Numbered from the stretch's first letter, positions 37,080-47,602 are shown. The stretch is 64,000 bases of DNA from Candidatus Marinacidobacterium sp. (GCA_965220965.1 OZ244852.1:864001-928000); one strand, 5' to 3'. The notes: generated by a model from the sequence alone, not told the origin. A program made the numbers and translations.

Positions 37080-38000
37080 TTGACCGCTCCGGGCCGTCGG
37101 TCCGGGGTCGGGCCCGCCTCCGCGCCGGAGCTTGCCGAGGCGCTCGCCCGCCACGGGTACATCGCCGACGCCGGGCTGGCGACCTCGCTCTTTCTGGCGC
37201 TGCGGCTCGAGCGGCCGCTCTTTCTCGAAGGCGAGGCCGGGGTGGGGAAGACCGAGCTCGCCAAGACCGTCGCCGCGGCGCTCGACGCCCCGCTCATCCG
37301 GCTGCAGTGCTACGAGGGCATCGACATCGCCCAGGCCGCCTACGACTGGAACTATGCGCGGCAGATGCTCGCCATCCGGCTCGCGGAGAGCCGCGGCGAG
37401 GCGCTCGGCGAGCGGGATCTCTTCGGACCGGAGTTCCTGCTGCGCCGGCCGCTGCTCGAGGCGCTCGAGGGGTCGTCGGCGGAGTCCCGTCCGGTCCTCC
37501 TGCTCGACGAGGTGGACCGCAGCGACGAGGAGTTTGAGGCCTACCTTTTGGAGGTGCTCTCCGAGTTCCAGATCACGATCCCCGAGATCGGGCCGATCCG
37601 CGCCGCCGCGCCGCCGGTGGTCGTGCTCACCTCGAACCGGACCCGCGAGGTGCACGACGCGCTGAAGCGGCGCTGCCTCTACCACTGGATCCCCTATCCC
37701 GACTACGAGCGCGAGCTCGAGATCGTGCGCGAGCGGGTTCCCGATGCGGCTGCCGGGCTCGCCGCCGAGGCGACGCGGTTCGCGCAGGAGCTGCGGCGGA
37801 TGGACCTCTTCAAGCGTCCCGGGGTCTCGGAGACGCTCGACTGGACGACGGCGCTGGCCGCGCTCGGCCGCACGGCGCTCGATGAAGCGGTCGTGGACCG
37901 GACGCTGGGGGTGCTGCTCAAGTACCGCGACGATCTGGAGAACGTGCGGGGCGAGCGCGCGCAGTCGGTCCTCGCCCGGGTCGCGGCGTCGACGCCGTGA
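37080..38000 (+). CDS. coxD: CoxD-like MoxR AAA+ ATPase
   Basis: LEGEAGVGKTE, RLQCYEGID, LLLDEVDR.DEEFEA, TSNRTRE.HDALKRRC. Confidence 0.88.
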   Translation: MTAPGRRSGVGPASAPELAEALARHGYIADAGLATSLFLALRLERPLFLEGEAGVGKTELAKTVAAALDAPLIRLQCYEGIDIAQAAYDWNYARQMLAIRLAESRGEALGERDLFGPEFLLRRPLLEALEGSSAESRPVLLLDEVDRSDEEFEAYLLEVLSEFQITIPEIGPIRAAAPPVVVLTSNRTREVHDALKRRCLYHWIPYPDYERELEIVRERVPDAAAGLAAEATRFAQELRRMDLFKRPGVSETLDWTTALAALGRTALDEAVVDRTLGVLLKYRDDLENVRGERAQSVLARVAASTP

Positions 38001-39253
38001 GTCCGGCGCCCCGGTCGGCGCCGGATGCGCGTTCGACGGTTCCGCCGCTGCTGCGGAACCTGACCCTCTTCGGACGCCTTCTCCGGGGCCTCGGCCTTCC
38101 GGTGTCGCACGCCCGGATGCTGGACCTCGCGGAGGCGCTCACCCTCGTGGACATCTTCCGGCGCGAGCAGTTCCACGCCGCGGCGCGCGCGCTGCTCGTC
38201 CACCGGCGGGAGGACCTGGCGCTCTTCGACGCCGCCTTCGCGCTGTTCTGGGAGACGCCGCCCGAGCGCTGGTCGCGGGCGCGGCTGCCGGGCATGGTCC
38301 TGCGGCGCCGGGTTCCGAAGGTGACGCCGGCGACGTTCCGGCCGCTCTCGGGATCGCCCGACGCCGGAAAGGAAGACACCCCGCCGCGTCCGCTGGCGCG
38401 CCGGGTGTGGAGCGACCGCGAGGCGCTCGCCCGGCGCGACTTCTCCGACCTCGACGAGGACGAGCTCCGCGAGGTCCAGGCGCTGATCCGGGAGGCTGGC
38501 TGGGAGGCGGCCCGCCGGCGGGTCGTGCGCTACCGGCCGGGAGGAAGGAAATCGCTCGACTTCCGCCGGACGCTGCGGCGGGGGGTGCGCACCGGCGGAG
38601 AGTGGCTTCGGCTCGAACGCCGCCGCCGGCGCGAAAAGCCCCGCCCGATCATCGTGCTCGCCGACGTGAGCGGTTCGATGGAACAGACCGCGCGCGTGCT
38701 GCTCCACTTCCTCTACGGCCTCTCCCACGGCGCGCCCGGGCGGGTGGAGGCGTTCGCGTTCGCGACGAGGCTGACGCGGCTCACCCGGAAGCTGGCCGAT
38801 CGCCGGGTGGACCGGGCGCTGGCCGAGGCCTCGGAAGCGGTGCGCGACTGGTCCGGCGGCACCCGGATCGGCGACGCGCTCCGCCGGTTCAATCGCGACT
38901 GGGCGCGCCGGCTCCCGACCTCCTCGGCGGTGTTCCTGCTGGTCAGCGACGGGTGGGACCGCGGCGATCCGGCGCTCGTCGCCGCCGAGATGGAGCGGCT
39001 CCGGGGGCTGGCGTGGCGGATCGTCTGGCTGAACCCGCTGCTCGCGGACCCGGGCTACGAGCCGCTGACGCGGGGGATGACCGCGGCGTTGCCCCACGTC
39101 CACGACTTCCTGCCGGTGAACAATCTCGAGAGCGTTCACAGCCTCGCCGAGCATCTCCGGCTGCTGAACCCGGTGCGGAGCCGTTCCGGTCGGCTCCCGG
39201 CGCCAAGCTGGACGCCGGCAACCGAAGCGGCGGAGGCCCACGTCCATGCATGA
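37997..39253 (+). CDS. coxE: CoxE-like VWA domain protein
   Basis: LDFRRTLR, DVSGSM, FAFATRLTR, WSGGTRIG, SDGWDRG, WLNPL. Confidence 0.88.
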   Translation: MSPAPRSAPDARSTVPPLLRNLTLFGRLLRGLGLPVSHARMLDLAEALTLVDIFRREQFHAAARALLVHRREDLALFDAAFALFWETPPERWSRARLPGMVLRRRVPKVTPATFRPLSGSPDAGKEDTPPRPLARRVWSDREALARRDFSDLDEDELREVQALIREAGWEAARRRVVRYRPGGRKSLDFRRTLRRGVRTGGEWLRLERRRRREKPRPIIVLADVSGSMEQTARVLLHFLYGLSHGAPGRVEAFAFATRLTRLTRKLADRRVDRALAEASEAVRDWSGGTRIGDALRRFNRDWARRLPTSSAVFLLVSDGWDRGDPALVAAEMERLRGLAWRIVWLNPLLADPGYEPLTRGMTAALPHVHDFLPVNNLESVHSLAEHLRLLNPVRSRSGRLPAPSWTPATEAAEAHVHA

Positions 39254-40265
39254 CATCGCGCCTGTCCTCGACCGGTGGCTCGCCGGCGGAGGACCGCTCG
39301 CGCTCTCCACGGTCGTCGAGACCTGGGGCTCGGGGCCGCGTCGGCCGGGGGCGCGGATGACAGTGGACCCGGAGGGAGCGATCGCCGGGTCGGTCAGCGG
39401 GGGGTGCGTCGAGGGGGCGGTGGTCCGGACCGCGCGCGAGGTGATCCGCACCGGAGAGCCGCAGTTGCTCCGGTTCGCGGTGGCCGACGAGACCGCCTGG
39501 GAGGTCGGGCTCTCCTGCGGCGGCGCGATCTCGGTGTTCGTGGAGCGACCCGACGATGCGTCGATGCGCGCCGTTCGCGAAGCGATGGCGGCGCGGATTC
39601 CGGTGAGCCTCGCGGTTGTCGTCGAGGGTTCCGGCCTCGGGGAGCGCGCGGTCGTGACCGGGGAGGCGGCGAGCGGGGAGGAGTCGCTGGTGGCCGTCGG
39701 CCGCGAGGCGCTCGCGGCCGGGCGCCCCCAGGTCCGGGAGACGCCAGGCGGCCGGGTGTTCGCCGACCTGATCCTTCCGCCGGACTCGCTCGTCATCGTG
39801 GGCGGGGTCCACATCGCCCAGACGCTCTCGCTGCTGGCGCGCGCGGTGGGCTACCGGGTGGCGATCTGCGATCCGCGTCCGGTGTTCGGTTCGCCGGAGA
39901 GGTTCCCGGGGGTGGAGCTCGTCAACGACTGGCCGGAAGAGGGGTTCCGGCGGATCGGGCTCGACGCCGGGACCGCGGTCGCGACGCTGACCCACGATCC
40001 GAAGCTGGATGACCCGGCGCTCGCCGCGGCGCTCGCCAGCCCGGCGTTCTACGTGGGGGCGCTGGGGAGCCGCCGGACGCACGCCCGCCGGCTCGAGCGG
40101 CTCCGTCGGCGGGGGGTCGCGGAGGCCGATCTGGCGCGCATCGCCGCGCCCATCGGTCTGCCGATCGGGGCCCGCACGCCCGACCAGATCGCGCTGGCCG
40201 TCCTCGCGCAGGTGGTGGCCGCCCGCAACCAGGCGGGCGGTTCCACTGCGCCGGGCGCCGGATAA
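39246..40265 (+). CDS. XdhC/CoxF-CoxI family Moco insertion protein
   Basis: TWGSGPR..GA.M, GSVSGGCVE, GLSCGG, THDPKLDD, YVGALGSRRT, APIGLPIGA.TP..IA. Confidence 0.9.
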   Translation: MHDIAPVLDRWLAGGGPLALSTVVETWGSGPRRPGARMTVDPEGAIAGSVSGGCVEGAVVRTAREVIRTGEPQLLRFAVADETAWEVGLSCGGAISVFVERPDDASMRAVREAMAARIPVSLAVVVEGSGLGERAVVTGEAASGEESLVAVGREALAAGRPQVRETPGGRVFADLILPPDSLVIVGGVHIAQTLSLLARAVGYRVAICDPRPVFGSPERFPGVELVNDWPEEGFRRIGLDAGTAVATLTHDPKLDDPALAAALASPAFYVGALGSRRTHARRLERLRRRGVAEADLARIAAPIGLPIGARTPDQIALAVLAQVVAARNQAGGSTAPGAG

Positions 40266-40311
40266 AATCGGCGTCCGCTTCGATCACGCTCCGTCAGGAG
40301 GAGAAACGCCG

Positions 40312-41103
40312 ATGCAGGGAATCATGGACGGCCTCCAGTTCATCATCCGCTGGCTCCACGTCTTCGTGGGGATCCTGTGGATCGGCCATCTCTATTTCTT
40401 CAACTTCGTGAACGGCCAGACGATGGCCCAACTCACCGGCGGAGCGCGGCGGGAGGTCGTCCCCGAGCTCATGCCGCGGGCGCTCTACTGGTTCCGGTGG
40501 GGTGCCGCCTGGACCTGGATCTCCGGCGTGGTGCTGCTCCTCCTGATCTTCTACCACGGCGGCCTGACGCTCGACCTCGGCATGAGCTGGGGGCTCGGCG
40601 CGATCCTCATGATCGCGGTCACCTTCTTCGGCGTCTTCGTCTACGACGCGCTCTGGAGCAGCGGCCTGAAGTCGAACATGCGCGCGGCGACGATCGTCTC
40701 GTTCCTGCTCCTCGCGGTGGTCGTCTGGGCGTTCGTGAACATCGGCGGGTTCCAGCCGCGGGCCGTCCTGATCCACACCGGCGCGCTCTTCGGGACGATG
40801 ATGGCCTTCAACGTCTGGTTCCGGATCTGGCCCGCCCAGCAGCGGATCATCGCGGCGGTGAAGGCCGGACAGGCGCCCGCCGCCGCCGATCCTGCGCTCG
40901 CCGGGCTCCGTTCGAAGCACAACACCTACATGTCGCTTCCGCTGCTGTGGGCGATGGCGAACGAGCACGCCACCCCCTTCTTCGGCGGCAACTTCGGGAT
41001 CCCCGGCGACTACTACTGGGTGGCCTGGCTCGTCGTGATCGCGATCGCCTGGCACGTCGTGTTCCAGTGCTACCGGATCGCCGGCCGCCTGAAGGGGATG
41101 TAG
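40312..41103 (+). CDS. Urate hydroxylase PuuD-like membrane protein (Urate_ox_N) without cytochrome c domain
   Basis: AGGAGG RBS; RWLHV..GILWIG.LYFFNF, WFRWGAAWTWISG, GTMMAFNVWF.IWPAQ, RSKHNTY. No CxxCH. Confidence 0.8.
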   Translation: MQGIMDGLQFIIRWLHVFVGILWIGHLYFFNFVNGQTMAQLTGGARREVVPELMPRALYWFRWGAAWTWISGVVLLLLIFYHGGLTLDLGMSWGLGAILMIAVTFFGVFVYDALWSSGLKSNMRAATIVSFLLLAVVVWAFVNIGGFQPRAVLIHTGALFGTMMAFNVWFRIWPAQQRIIAAVKAGQAPAAADPALAGLRSKHNTYMSLPLLWAMANEHATPFFGGNFGIPGDYYWVAWLVVIAIAWHVVFQCYRIAGRLKGM

Positions 41104-41167
41104 AAGGCGCGACGCGCCAACCGGGACGGTCGGGGCGGCGTCCGATCGGCGCCGCCTCGGCCGGGAG

Positions 41168-42631
41168 TTAACCCGGTGTCCGCCGGCCCCGGTTCCCGAG
41201 CAGCGAGCCGCCGACCGCCACTGCGGCGTTCAGCAGCGCGCCCAGCAGGCCGGCGTGAAGACCGGCGATCCGGCCCATCCCGGCGAGGGTGAGGCCTCCG
41301 GCGAGGAGCGTTCCGAGGACGACGCCGGCCAGCGCCGCCCGGGAGTTCAGGCCGCGCCACGCGATGCCGAGCACGAAGACCGGGGCCGCCTGCGCCAGCA
41401 GCTCCATCTTGAGTTCCAGCAGGCCCCAGAGGCTGATCCGGGGCGTCACCGCGATGGCGACCAGCACCGCCATGATGGCCAGCGAGATGCGTTTCCCGAT
41501 CCGGGTCACGCGCTCTTCGGGCACGGCCGCTGACGCCCGTCGCCGCAGCGCCGGGGCGACGAAGTCCTTCGCCACCATCGAGGAGAGCGTCAGGAGCACC
41601 GAGTCCGCTGTCGACATGATCGCCGCGACCACGCCCACCACGGTGATGACCGAGAGCCCGAACATCCACGCCGATTCGTCGGCCCAGCCCCGCACCAGCG
41701 CCGGCAGCACCTGGTCGGCGGCGATCCCTTCGAGGCCGGCGAGCCGGGGCAGGGCGAGGATGCCGACCAGAAGCACCGGGAGCGTGGTGAGAAACGGCAG
41801 GAACGCCATGACCGACAGCGCCCGCCGCAGCGAGCGGGTCGAGCGCGCCGCGAAGATCCGCTGGATCGCGTGCGGGTAGACGGCCCCGGCGAACCCGATC
41901 AGGAGCACGGTGCTGGCCCAGCCGGCCTGCACCTCGCCGGACGGCCGGAGGGCCTTGGCCGGTTCGTTCTCGAGGATCCACCGGGTGGCGGCGCCGAGGT
42001 CGTCGCCGGTGAGGAAGGTGGCGGCCAGCAGGCCGATCAGCCCGACCGCGAGGAGGCCGCCCTGAAGGCAGTCCGTCCACGCCACCGCCCGCAGGCCGCC
42101 GAGGAGCTCATAGGCGAGGATGGCGGCGGCGAGGACGAGCACGCCGGCGGCGTAGGGGACCGCGCCCTCGGAGAGCCCGGAGACCACGTGGCCCATCGCC
42201 ATGAGCTGCGCGAGCAGGTAGTTCGCGATGGCCGCCGCCATGATGACGTTCGTGACCCGCGTCAGCCACGGATCCCCGAAGCGGTAATCCAGCCAGTCGG
42301 CCGGCGTCACGAAACCGCGCCGGTTCGCGTCGCGCCGCAGTCCGGGCGCGATCAGCAGGTAGACGACGACCACCGCGAGCATGAAGCCCACGCTCATGAC
42401 CCACGGGAAGCCCACCCGGTAGGCCTCCCCCGGATAGCCGACGAGCGTGTTCCCGCTGTACTGGGTCGCGTAGAGCGTGAACAGCAGGACGACCCCGCCG
42501 AGGCCGCGCCCCGCCAGATAGAAGTCGGCGAGCGACCCCGAAGCGCGCGCGGCGCGGGCGCGGAACCCGAGGAAGGCGAGGACGCCGATGTAGGCGGCGA
42601 GGCCGGCGATGACGGCGGCCGGGAAGCTCAT
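41168..42631 (-). CDS. Sodium:solute symporter family transporter
   Basis: DFYLAGRGLG, ATQYSGNT..GYPG, GGLRAVAWTD, AAIMSTADS; about 13 TMs. Confidence 0.9.
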   Translation of the reverse strand: MSFPAAVIAGLAAYIGVLAFLGFRARAARASGSLADFYLAGRGLGGVVLLFTLYATQYSGNTLVGYPGEAYRVGFPWVMSVGFMLAVVVVYLLIAPGLRRDANRRGFVTPADWLDYRFGDPWLTRVTNVIMAAAIANYLLAQLMAMGHVVSGLSEGAVPYAAGVLVLAAAILAYELLGGLRAVAWTDCLQGGLLAVGLIGLLAATFLTGDDLGAATRWILENEPAKALRPSGEVQAGWASTVLLIGFAGAVYPHAIQRIFAARSTRSLRRALSVMAFLPFLTTLPVLLVGILALPRLAGLEGIAADQVLPALVRGWADESAWMFGLSVITVVGVVAAIMSTADSVLLTLSSMVAKDFVAPALRRRASAAVPEERVTRIGKRISLAIMAVLVAIAVTPRISLWGLLELKMELLAQAAPVFVLGIAWRGLNSRAALAGVVLGTLLAGGLTLAGMGRIAGLHAGLLGALLNAAVAVGGSLLGNRGRRTPG

Positions 42632-42879
42632 CGCGAGTCCGGGGACGACGGGTCGACGTCGTCCTCCAGGTCGTCATCGTCCCAGCGATGGAGGACGGCG
42701 AACGCGGTGAGGCAGCTCACGCCGAGGGTGGCGGCGAGGGCGATCACCGCCCACAGCGGCATCCCGAGGACGATGTCCGGACGTCCCGAACCCGCCCACC
42801 ACGGAATCGAGACGATGTAGAGCCCCGCTATGGCAAGAAGCAGCCACGGGTGGTCGAGTGGTTGGCGGCCGCCGGGCAC
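42628..42879 (-). CDS. Small 2-TM SSS-associated protein (DUF3311/DUF997-like)
   Basis: LYIVSIPWW...P..VLGMPLW. Stop overlaps the symporter ATG. GTG 42879 is preceded by a TATTGT box. Confidence 0.7.
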   Translation of the reverse strand: MPGGRQPLDHPWLLLAIAGLYIVSIPWWAGSGRPDIVLGMPLWAVIALAATLGVSCLTAFAVLHRWDDDDLEDDVDPSSPDSR

Positions 42880-42969
42880 CCGGCGACAATATGCGAACCG
42901 GGCGCATCGCGGTCCGGGAGCGCCGCGCCCCGCGCGGCTTCGACGACGATCCGGGAGGTGACGCTCGCC

Positions 42970-44244
42970 ATGGGACATGACGACAGTCTGAGAGAGACAG
43001 GGAAACCGGCCGCTTCGCCGCGGATCGGGGCGCTCGTTCTGGCGGTCGCGGCGTCCGGCGCGGGAGTCGGAGCGGCCGCCGCCCAGGAAGTCGAGCTGGC
43101 GCTCACCGGCGGCTCGGTTCTGGATGTGCGCGCCGGGACGTTCTCCGAGGCGAATGTCCTCGTGGGCGGAGGACGGATCCTCGCGGTGGGATCCGACCCG
43201 GCGCCGGCGGGCGCCGAGGTCGTGGATGTGAGCGGGAAGTTCGTTCTCCCGGGCTTCATCGACGCCCACACCCACGCCGACGAACTCTCCCAGGTCCGCC
43301 GTGCGCTCGAGTCCGGGGTCACCACGATGCGAAGCGCGAGTGTGGGCTCCTACCGCGACGTGGCGATCGGGCGCATGGTGAGCGAAGGACACCTCGCCGG
43401 CCCGGACTATCTGGGGGCCGGGATCTTCGTGACGCCGAACATCGGGGAGGGACGCCTCGCCTCAGAGAGCCTGTTCGGGATGACCGGAGATCTCGCCAGC
43501 GAGGAGGACCTCCGGATGCTGGTGCGGGTGAACGCCGAGAACGGGGTCCGGGCGGTGAAGACCCGGGCCACCGAGCGGGCGGGGCTGCCCGACACCGATC
43601 CGAGGAAGCAGGTCTTCACCGAAGGCCAGTTGCGCGCCATCGTCGAGGAAGCGGCGGCGCTCGGCCTTCCGGTGCTGTGCCACGCGCACGGCGACGAAGG
43701 GGCCCGGGCCGCGGTTCTGGCCGGGGTCGCGAGCATCGAGCACGGGACGTTCCTGACCCGCGAGACGCTCCAGCTAATGGCCGAGCGGGGGACGGCGCTC
43801 GTTCCCACCTACACCACGCTGATCGACCTCGACGAGCCGGGGGGCGACTACGACCATCCGGTGCTGACGCTGCGCGCCGACTTCATGGTCCCGAGGATGG
43901 AGGAGACGATCCGCATGGCGCTCGAGCTCGGAGTCCGCATCATCGCCGGCAGCGACACGAGTTACGGGCCCGAGAGCGTGAGCCGGGTCGGCGTCGAGGT
44001 GGCCAACTTCGTGAAGCTGGGGATGTCCGCGGAGGAGGCGATCCGGGGAGGCACGGTCTACACGGCGGAGCTGCTGCGGGTGGAGGACGAGACCGGAACG
44101 ATCGAGGTCGGCAAGGAGGCCGATCTCATGGTCCTGGCGGAGAACCCGCTCGAGAGCATCGACGCGATCCAGGATGTCGTCGCGGTCGTGAGCAACGGGA
44201 TCCTCGCGGTCAACCGGCTGCCCTTCGCGATCCCGGAGGAGTGA
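42970..44244 (+). CDS. Secreted amidohydrolase (Xaa-Pro dipeptidase-like)
   Basis: GGGAGG RBS then ATG 42970; PGFIDAHTH, GVTTMR, CHAHG, SIEHG, AGSDT, G.IEVGKEADL. Confidence 0.88.
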   Translation: MGHDDSLRETGKPAASPRIGALVLAVAASGAGVGAAAAQEVELALTGGSVLDVRAGTFSEANVLVGGGRILAVGSDPAPAGAEVVDVSGKFVLPGFIDAHTHADELSQVRRALESGVTTMRSASVGSYRDVAIGRMVSEGHLAGPDYLGAGIFVTPNIGEGRLASESLFGMTGDLASEEDLRMLVRVNAENGVRAVKTRATERAGLPDTDPRKQVFTEGQLRAIVEEAAALGLPVLCHAHGDEGARAAVLAGVASIEHGTFLTRETLQLMAERGTALVPTYTTLIDLDEPGGDYDHPVLTLRADFMVPRMEETIRMALELGVRIIAGSDTSYGPESVSRVGVEVANFVKLGMSAEEAIRGGTVYTAELLRVEDETGTIEVGKEADLMVLAENPLESIDAIQDVVAVVSNGILAVNRLPFAIPEE

Positions 44245-44273
44245 TCCGCCAGGCTCGTCCGGTCCGCGAAAAC

Positions 44274-44279
44274 TAGAAT
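44274..44279 (+). promoter_or_regulatory. -10 box TAGAAT, leaderless start
   Basis: 7 nt upstream of TTG 44287. Confidence 0.55.
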
Positions 44280-44286
44280 CGCGGCG

Positions 44287-45453
44287 TTGTCCGAAAACGG
44301 TTCCATTCCGGCGCGGGACACCGGCGCCCAGGCCGAGATCCGCCGCGCCATCCGCGAATTCGCCGCCACCGAGGTTCTCCCTCACGCCGCGCGCTGGGAC
44401 GAGGAGGAGAGCTTTCCCCGGGACGCCGTCCGGCAGTTGGGCGAGCTGGGCTTCCTCGGGCCGATCTTCCCCAAGCGCTACGGCGGCGCCGGGCTCCGCT
44501 ATGCGGAATACGCCGTCCTGATCGAGGAGCTCGCCCGCGCCGACGCCTCGCTCGCCATCACCGTCGCCGCGCACGTATCGCTCGCCGCGAACCACATCTA
44601 CGAGCAGGGGACCGAGGCGCAGCGCCAGAAGTTCCTGGTTCCGCTCGCCCGGGGAACCGCGCTCGGCGCGTGGAGCCTGACCGAGCCGGGGGCCGGCAGC
44701 GACGCCGGCGGAACCCGGACGACCGCGGTGCGCGACGGGGACTCGTGGGTCCTGAACGGGAGCAAGACGTTCACCACGAACGGTTCCGAGGCCGACATCG
44801 CGATCTGCATGGCCTCCACCGACCCGGAGGCGCGGACCCGGGGGATTTCGGCGTTCATCGTCGAGCGGGGGACCCCGGGGTTCCGTCCCGGCCGCAAGGA
44901 GAAAAAGCTCGGACATCGCGCTTCCGACACCTCGGAAATGGTGTTCGAGGACTGCCGGGTGCCGGCGGACAACCTTCTCGGCGAGTTGGGCGCGGGTTTC
45001 CCCGGCGCCATGAAGATCCTCGACGGGGGCCGGATCAGCATCGCGGCGCTCTCGCTCGGGATCGCCGAGGCCGCCTTCGAGTGCGCGGTGGACTACGCCG
45101 GGAAGCGGCGCCAGTTCAACCGCCCGATCGGCGACTTCCAGGGCGTGAGCTTCCCGATCGCCGACTCGAAAGTCGAGATCGAGGCCTCCCGGCTGCTGAT
45201 CCAGCGCGCCGCCGCGCTCAAGGACGGGGGGCGGACCACGACGTCGGAGTCGGCGATGGCCAAGCTCTACGCCAGCGAGACCGCGGTGCGGGTCACCGAC
45301 CGGGCGCTCCAGGTCCTGGGCGGCTACGGATACACCCGGTCCTACCCGGTCGAGCGGTACTTCCGGGACGCCCGGCTCATGCCCATCGGGGAGGGCACCT
45401 CGGAGGTCCAGCGACTCATCATCGGCCGGGCGCTCCTCGGTGGGAACGGCTGA
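44287..45453 (+). CDS. Acyl-CoA dehydrogenase
   Basis: [49 protein letters not shown]...[20 protein letters not shown]. Confidence 0.93.
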   Translation: MSENGSIPARDTGAQAEIRRAIREFAATEVLPHAARWDEEESFPRDAVRQLGELGFLGPIFPKRYGGAGLRYAEYAVLIEELARADASLAITVAAHVSLAANHIYEQGTEAQRQKFLVPLARGTALGAWSLTEPGAGSDAGGTRTTAVRDGDSWVLNGSKTFTTNGSEADIAICMASTDPEARTRGISAFIVERGTPGFRPGRKEKKLGHRASDTSEMVFEDCRVPADNLLGELGAGFPGAMKILDGGRISIAALSLGIAEAAFECAVDYAGKRRQFNRPIGDFQGVSFPIADSKVEIEASRLLIQRAAALKDGGRTTTSESAMAKLYASETAVRVTDRALQVLGGYGYTRSYPVERYFRDARLMPIGEGTSEVQRLIIGRALLGGNG

Positions 45454-46774
45454 CCCTGCCGGACCGGCGGGGGGTGGCGTGACTCGGTCTCCGGGTTCCG
45501 CCGGTGGCGAAGCGGGACTTCCCGACGGCGTTCGCGCCGGCGACCCGCGGGCGCTCGCACGGGCCATCACCGCGGTGGAGCGCGGCGAGCCCGGGATCCT
45601 CGAGGCGCTGCGCCGGGAAGCGTGGCCGGAGGCGGCCCGGGTCGTGGCGCTCACCGGGCCTCCCGGCGTCGGCAAGAGCGTCCTCGCGAACGCGCTGGGA
45701 CGCGAGCTGGCGGCGGGGGCGGATCCCGGGGCCGTCGGCATCGTGGCGGTCGACCCGACGAGTCCGCGCAGCGGGGGCGCCCTTCTCGGCGACCGGGTAC
45801 GGGTCCTTGGCGACGACGGAAGCCTGTTCTTCCGCAGTATGGCGGCCCGCGGGGCCGACGGCGGCCTCGCCCCCGGCCTCGAGGCGGTGCTCCACCTGGT
45901 GGCGCTCTCCGGTCGGAAGCGGATCCTGGTCGAGACGGTGGGCGCGGGGCAGGGAGAGCACGCGGTGACCCGGCTCGCGGATCTGACGGTGGCGGTGCTG
46001 GCGCCGGGGCTGGGGGACGCCGTTCAGGCGGCGAAAGCGGGGCTCTTCGAGGTCTCCGACCTCGTCGTGGTGAACCAGGCGGACCGGCCCGGCGCCGAGG
46101 CCACGGCGGCGCTGTGGCGGGCGACCCGCGGGGCCGGGGAGGGGCCGGTTCTCCTGGTGTCCGGGAAAGAGGGGACCGGGGTGGCGGACCTGGCGGCGGA
46201 GATCGACCGCGGTCTTGCCGACCGAAGCGGGGCGGACCGGAGTCGGGCCGACCGCGACCGGCCGGGTGGTCCTCAGGGTGCTCCTTCGGACGAGGATCGA
46301 TCCCGGCTGGATCGCCTCCGTGAGGCGCTGGGCGCGACCCGGCTCGACCACGTCGGGATCGCGGTGCGCGACGGCGACGCCTCGGCCGAGCTCTGGCGTT
46401 CGCTTCTCGGTCTCAGGGAGGTCTCGCGTCACCGCGTCGACGAGTTCGGCGTCCTCGCGCTCTTCCTGCGCCCGGGCGGTCCTGCCGGGGCGCCCGCCAG
46501 CGGTCTCCTCGAGCTCGTGCAGCCCACCGCGCCGGGGACCGTCACCCGCTTCCTCGAGCGGCGGGGAGAAGGGCTCCATCACGTCTGTTTCGAGGTTCCG
46601 GATATCCACGCAGCGCTCGCCGGCCTCGCCGCCGCCGGAGTCCGGCTGGTGGACGAGACGCCGCGACGGGGCGCCGGGGACCATCTGGTGGCCTTCGTCC
46701 ATCCGGCCTCCACCGGGGGCGTGCTGCTCGAGCTGAAACAGGCCGAGCCGGTCGCCGCCCCGAATGGGGGGTAG
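45440..46774 (+). CDS. MeaB/ArgK GTPase fused to methylmalonyl-CoA epimerase (VOC)
   Basis: N: [36 protein letters not shown]: [46 protein letters not shown]. Start may be GTG 45479. Confidence 0.85.
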   Translation: MGTADPAGPAGGGVTRSPGSAGGEAGLPDGVRAGDPRALARAITAVERGEPGILEALRREAWPEAARVVALTGPPGVGKSVLANALGRELAAGADPGAVGIVAVDPTSPRSGGALLGDRVRVLGDDGSLFFRSMAARGADGGLAPGLEAVLHLVALSGRKRILVETVGAGQGEHAVTRLADLTVAVLAPGLGDAVQAAKAGLFEVSDLVVVNQADRPGAEATAALWRATRGAGEGPVLLVSGKEGTGVADLAAEIDRGLADRSGADRSRADRDRPGGPQGAPSDEDRSRLDRLREALGATRLDHVGIAVRDGDASAELWRSLLGLREVSRHRVDEFGVLALFLRPGGPAGAPASGLLELVQPTAPGTVTRFLERRGEGLHHVCFEVPDIHAALAGLAAAGVRLVDETPRRGAGDHLVAFVHPASTGGVLLELKQAEPVAAPNGG

Positions 46775-46784
46775 TCTCACTGCG

Positions 46785-47507
46785 ATGACGGTTCGGGTTC
46801 TGGTCGCCTCGGTGGCGGGCGGCTACGGCGTCGGGCTGGGGCTGGCCGCGCTCGGCGCGCCGGGCGCGATGGGGATCCTCCCGGCGCTGCTGGTCGTTCC
46901 GGCGGTGTGGCTGCTGTGGACCCGACTCGCGGCCGGCGACCGGACGGGGGCGGTTCGCTGGATGCTCGGCTGGGCGGCGTCGCTCGCCGCGCTCGGCCCG
47001 GTGGCGATGGCGCTCGCGCCCGAGGCCGCCGCGGCCGCGGTGTTTCAGGGGGTCGAGTACCGGGACGCGATGCTGGCGTGGATTGCGACCGGGGAGGGAG
47101 CGGAAGGCGACATTCGCCAGTTCCTCCCGGTGCATCTCCAGCGGGTGGCGCTCTTCATCCCGCTCTCGCTGGCGAGCGGCGGCGCGCTGGGTCTGCTCAT
47201 GGGCGCGGTCCTGCTGAACTTCATGGACTTCTTCGTGGCGTCCTTCGCCATGGCGTCCTCCGGCGTCCCGGCGGCGCTCGCGTGGTTCCCGTGGTCGCTG
47301 CTCCGGGTGGCGGCCTTTGCGATCCTCGGGGTGGTCACCGCGGAACCGCTGGCGCGCCGGCTGATGAAGGCGTCGGGCCCGGTTCCGCCGGGACGCGGAC
47401 GCCTGATCGGCATCGCCGCCGGACTGCTCGCCGCCGATGTGGCGCTCAAGGCCGCGCTGGCCCCGATGTGGGGGCGCTTTCTGGCCGGCTATCTCATTCC
47501 GGCCTGA
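46785..47507 (+). CDS. Integral membrane protein (possibly SpoIIM-like)
   Basis: Six to seven hydrophobic segments; ATG 46785 lies 7 nt after TAGTCT. Confidence 0.6.
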   Translation: MTVRVLVASVAGGYGVGLGLAALGAPGAMGILPALLVVPAVWLLWTRLAAGDRTGAVRWMLGWAASLAALGPVAMALAPEAAAAAVFQGVEYRDAMLAWIATGEGAEGDIRQFLPVHLQRVALFIPLSLASGGALGLLMGAVLLNFMDFFVASFAMASSGVPAALAWFPWSLLRVAAFAILGVVTAEPLARRLMKASGPVPPGRGRLIGIAAGLLAADVALKAALAPMWGRFLAGYLIPA

Positions 47508-47527
47508 GGGCTGCGAACCCGGCGCGG

Positions 47528-47602
47528 TGGTGGGCGATGCAGGATTTGAACCTGCGACTTCTACCGTGTGAAGGTAGCACTCTGCCGCTGAGTTAATCGC
47601 CC
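47528..47602 (-). tRNA. tRNA-Val(CAC)
   Basis: Reverse complement GGGCGATTAACTCAGCGGCAGAGTGCTACCTT-CAC-ACGGTAGAAGTCGCAGGTTCAAATCCTGCATCGCCCACCA: full cloverleaf, TTC loop and encoded CCA. TAGAAT upstream at 47619-24. Confidence 0.96.
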
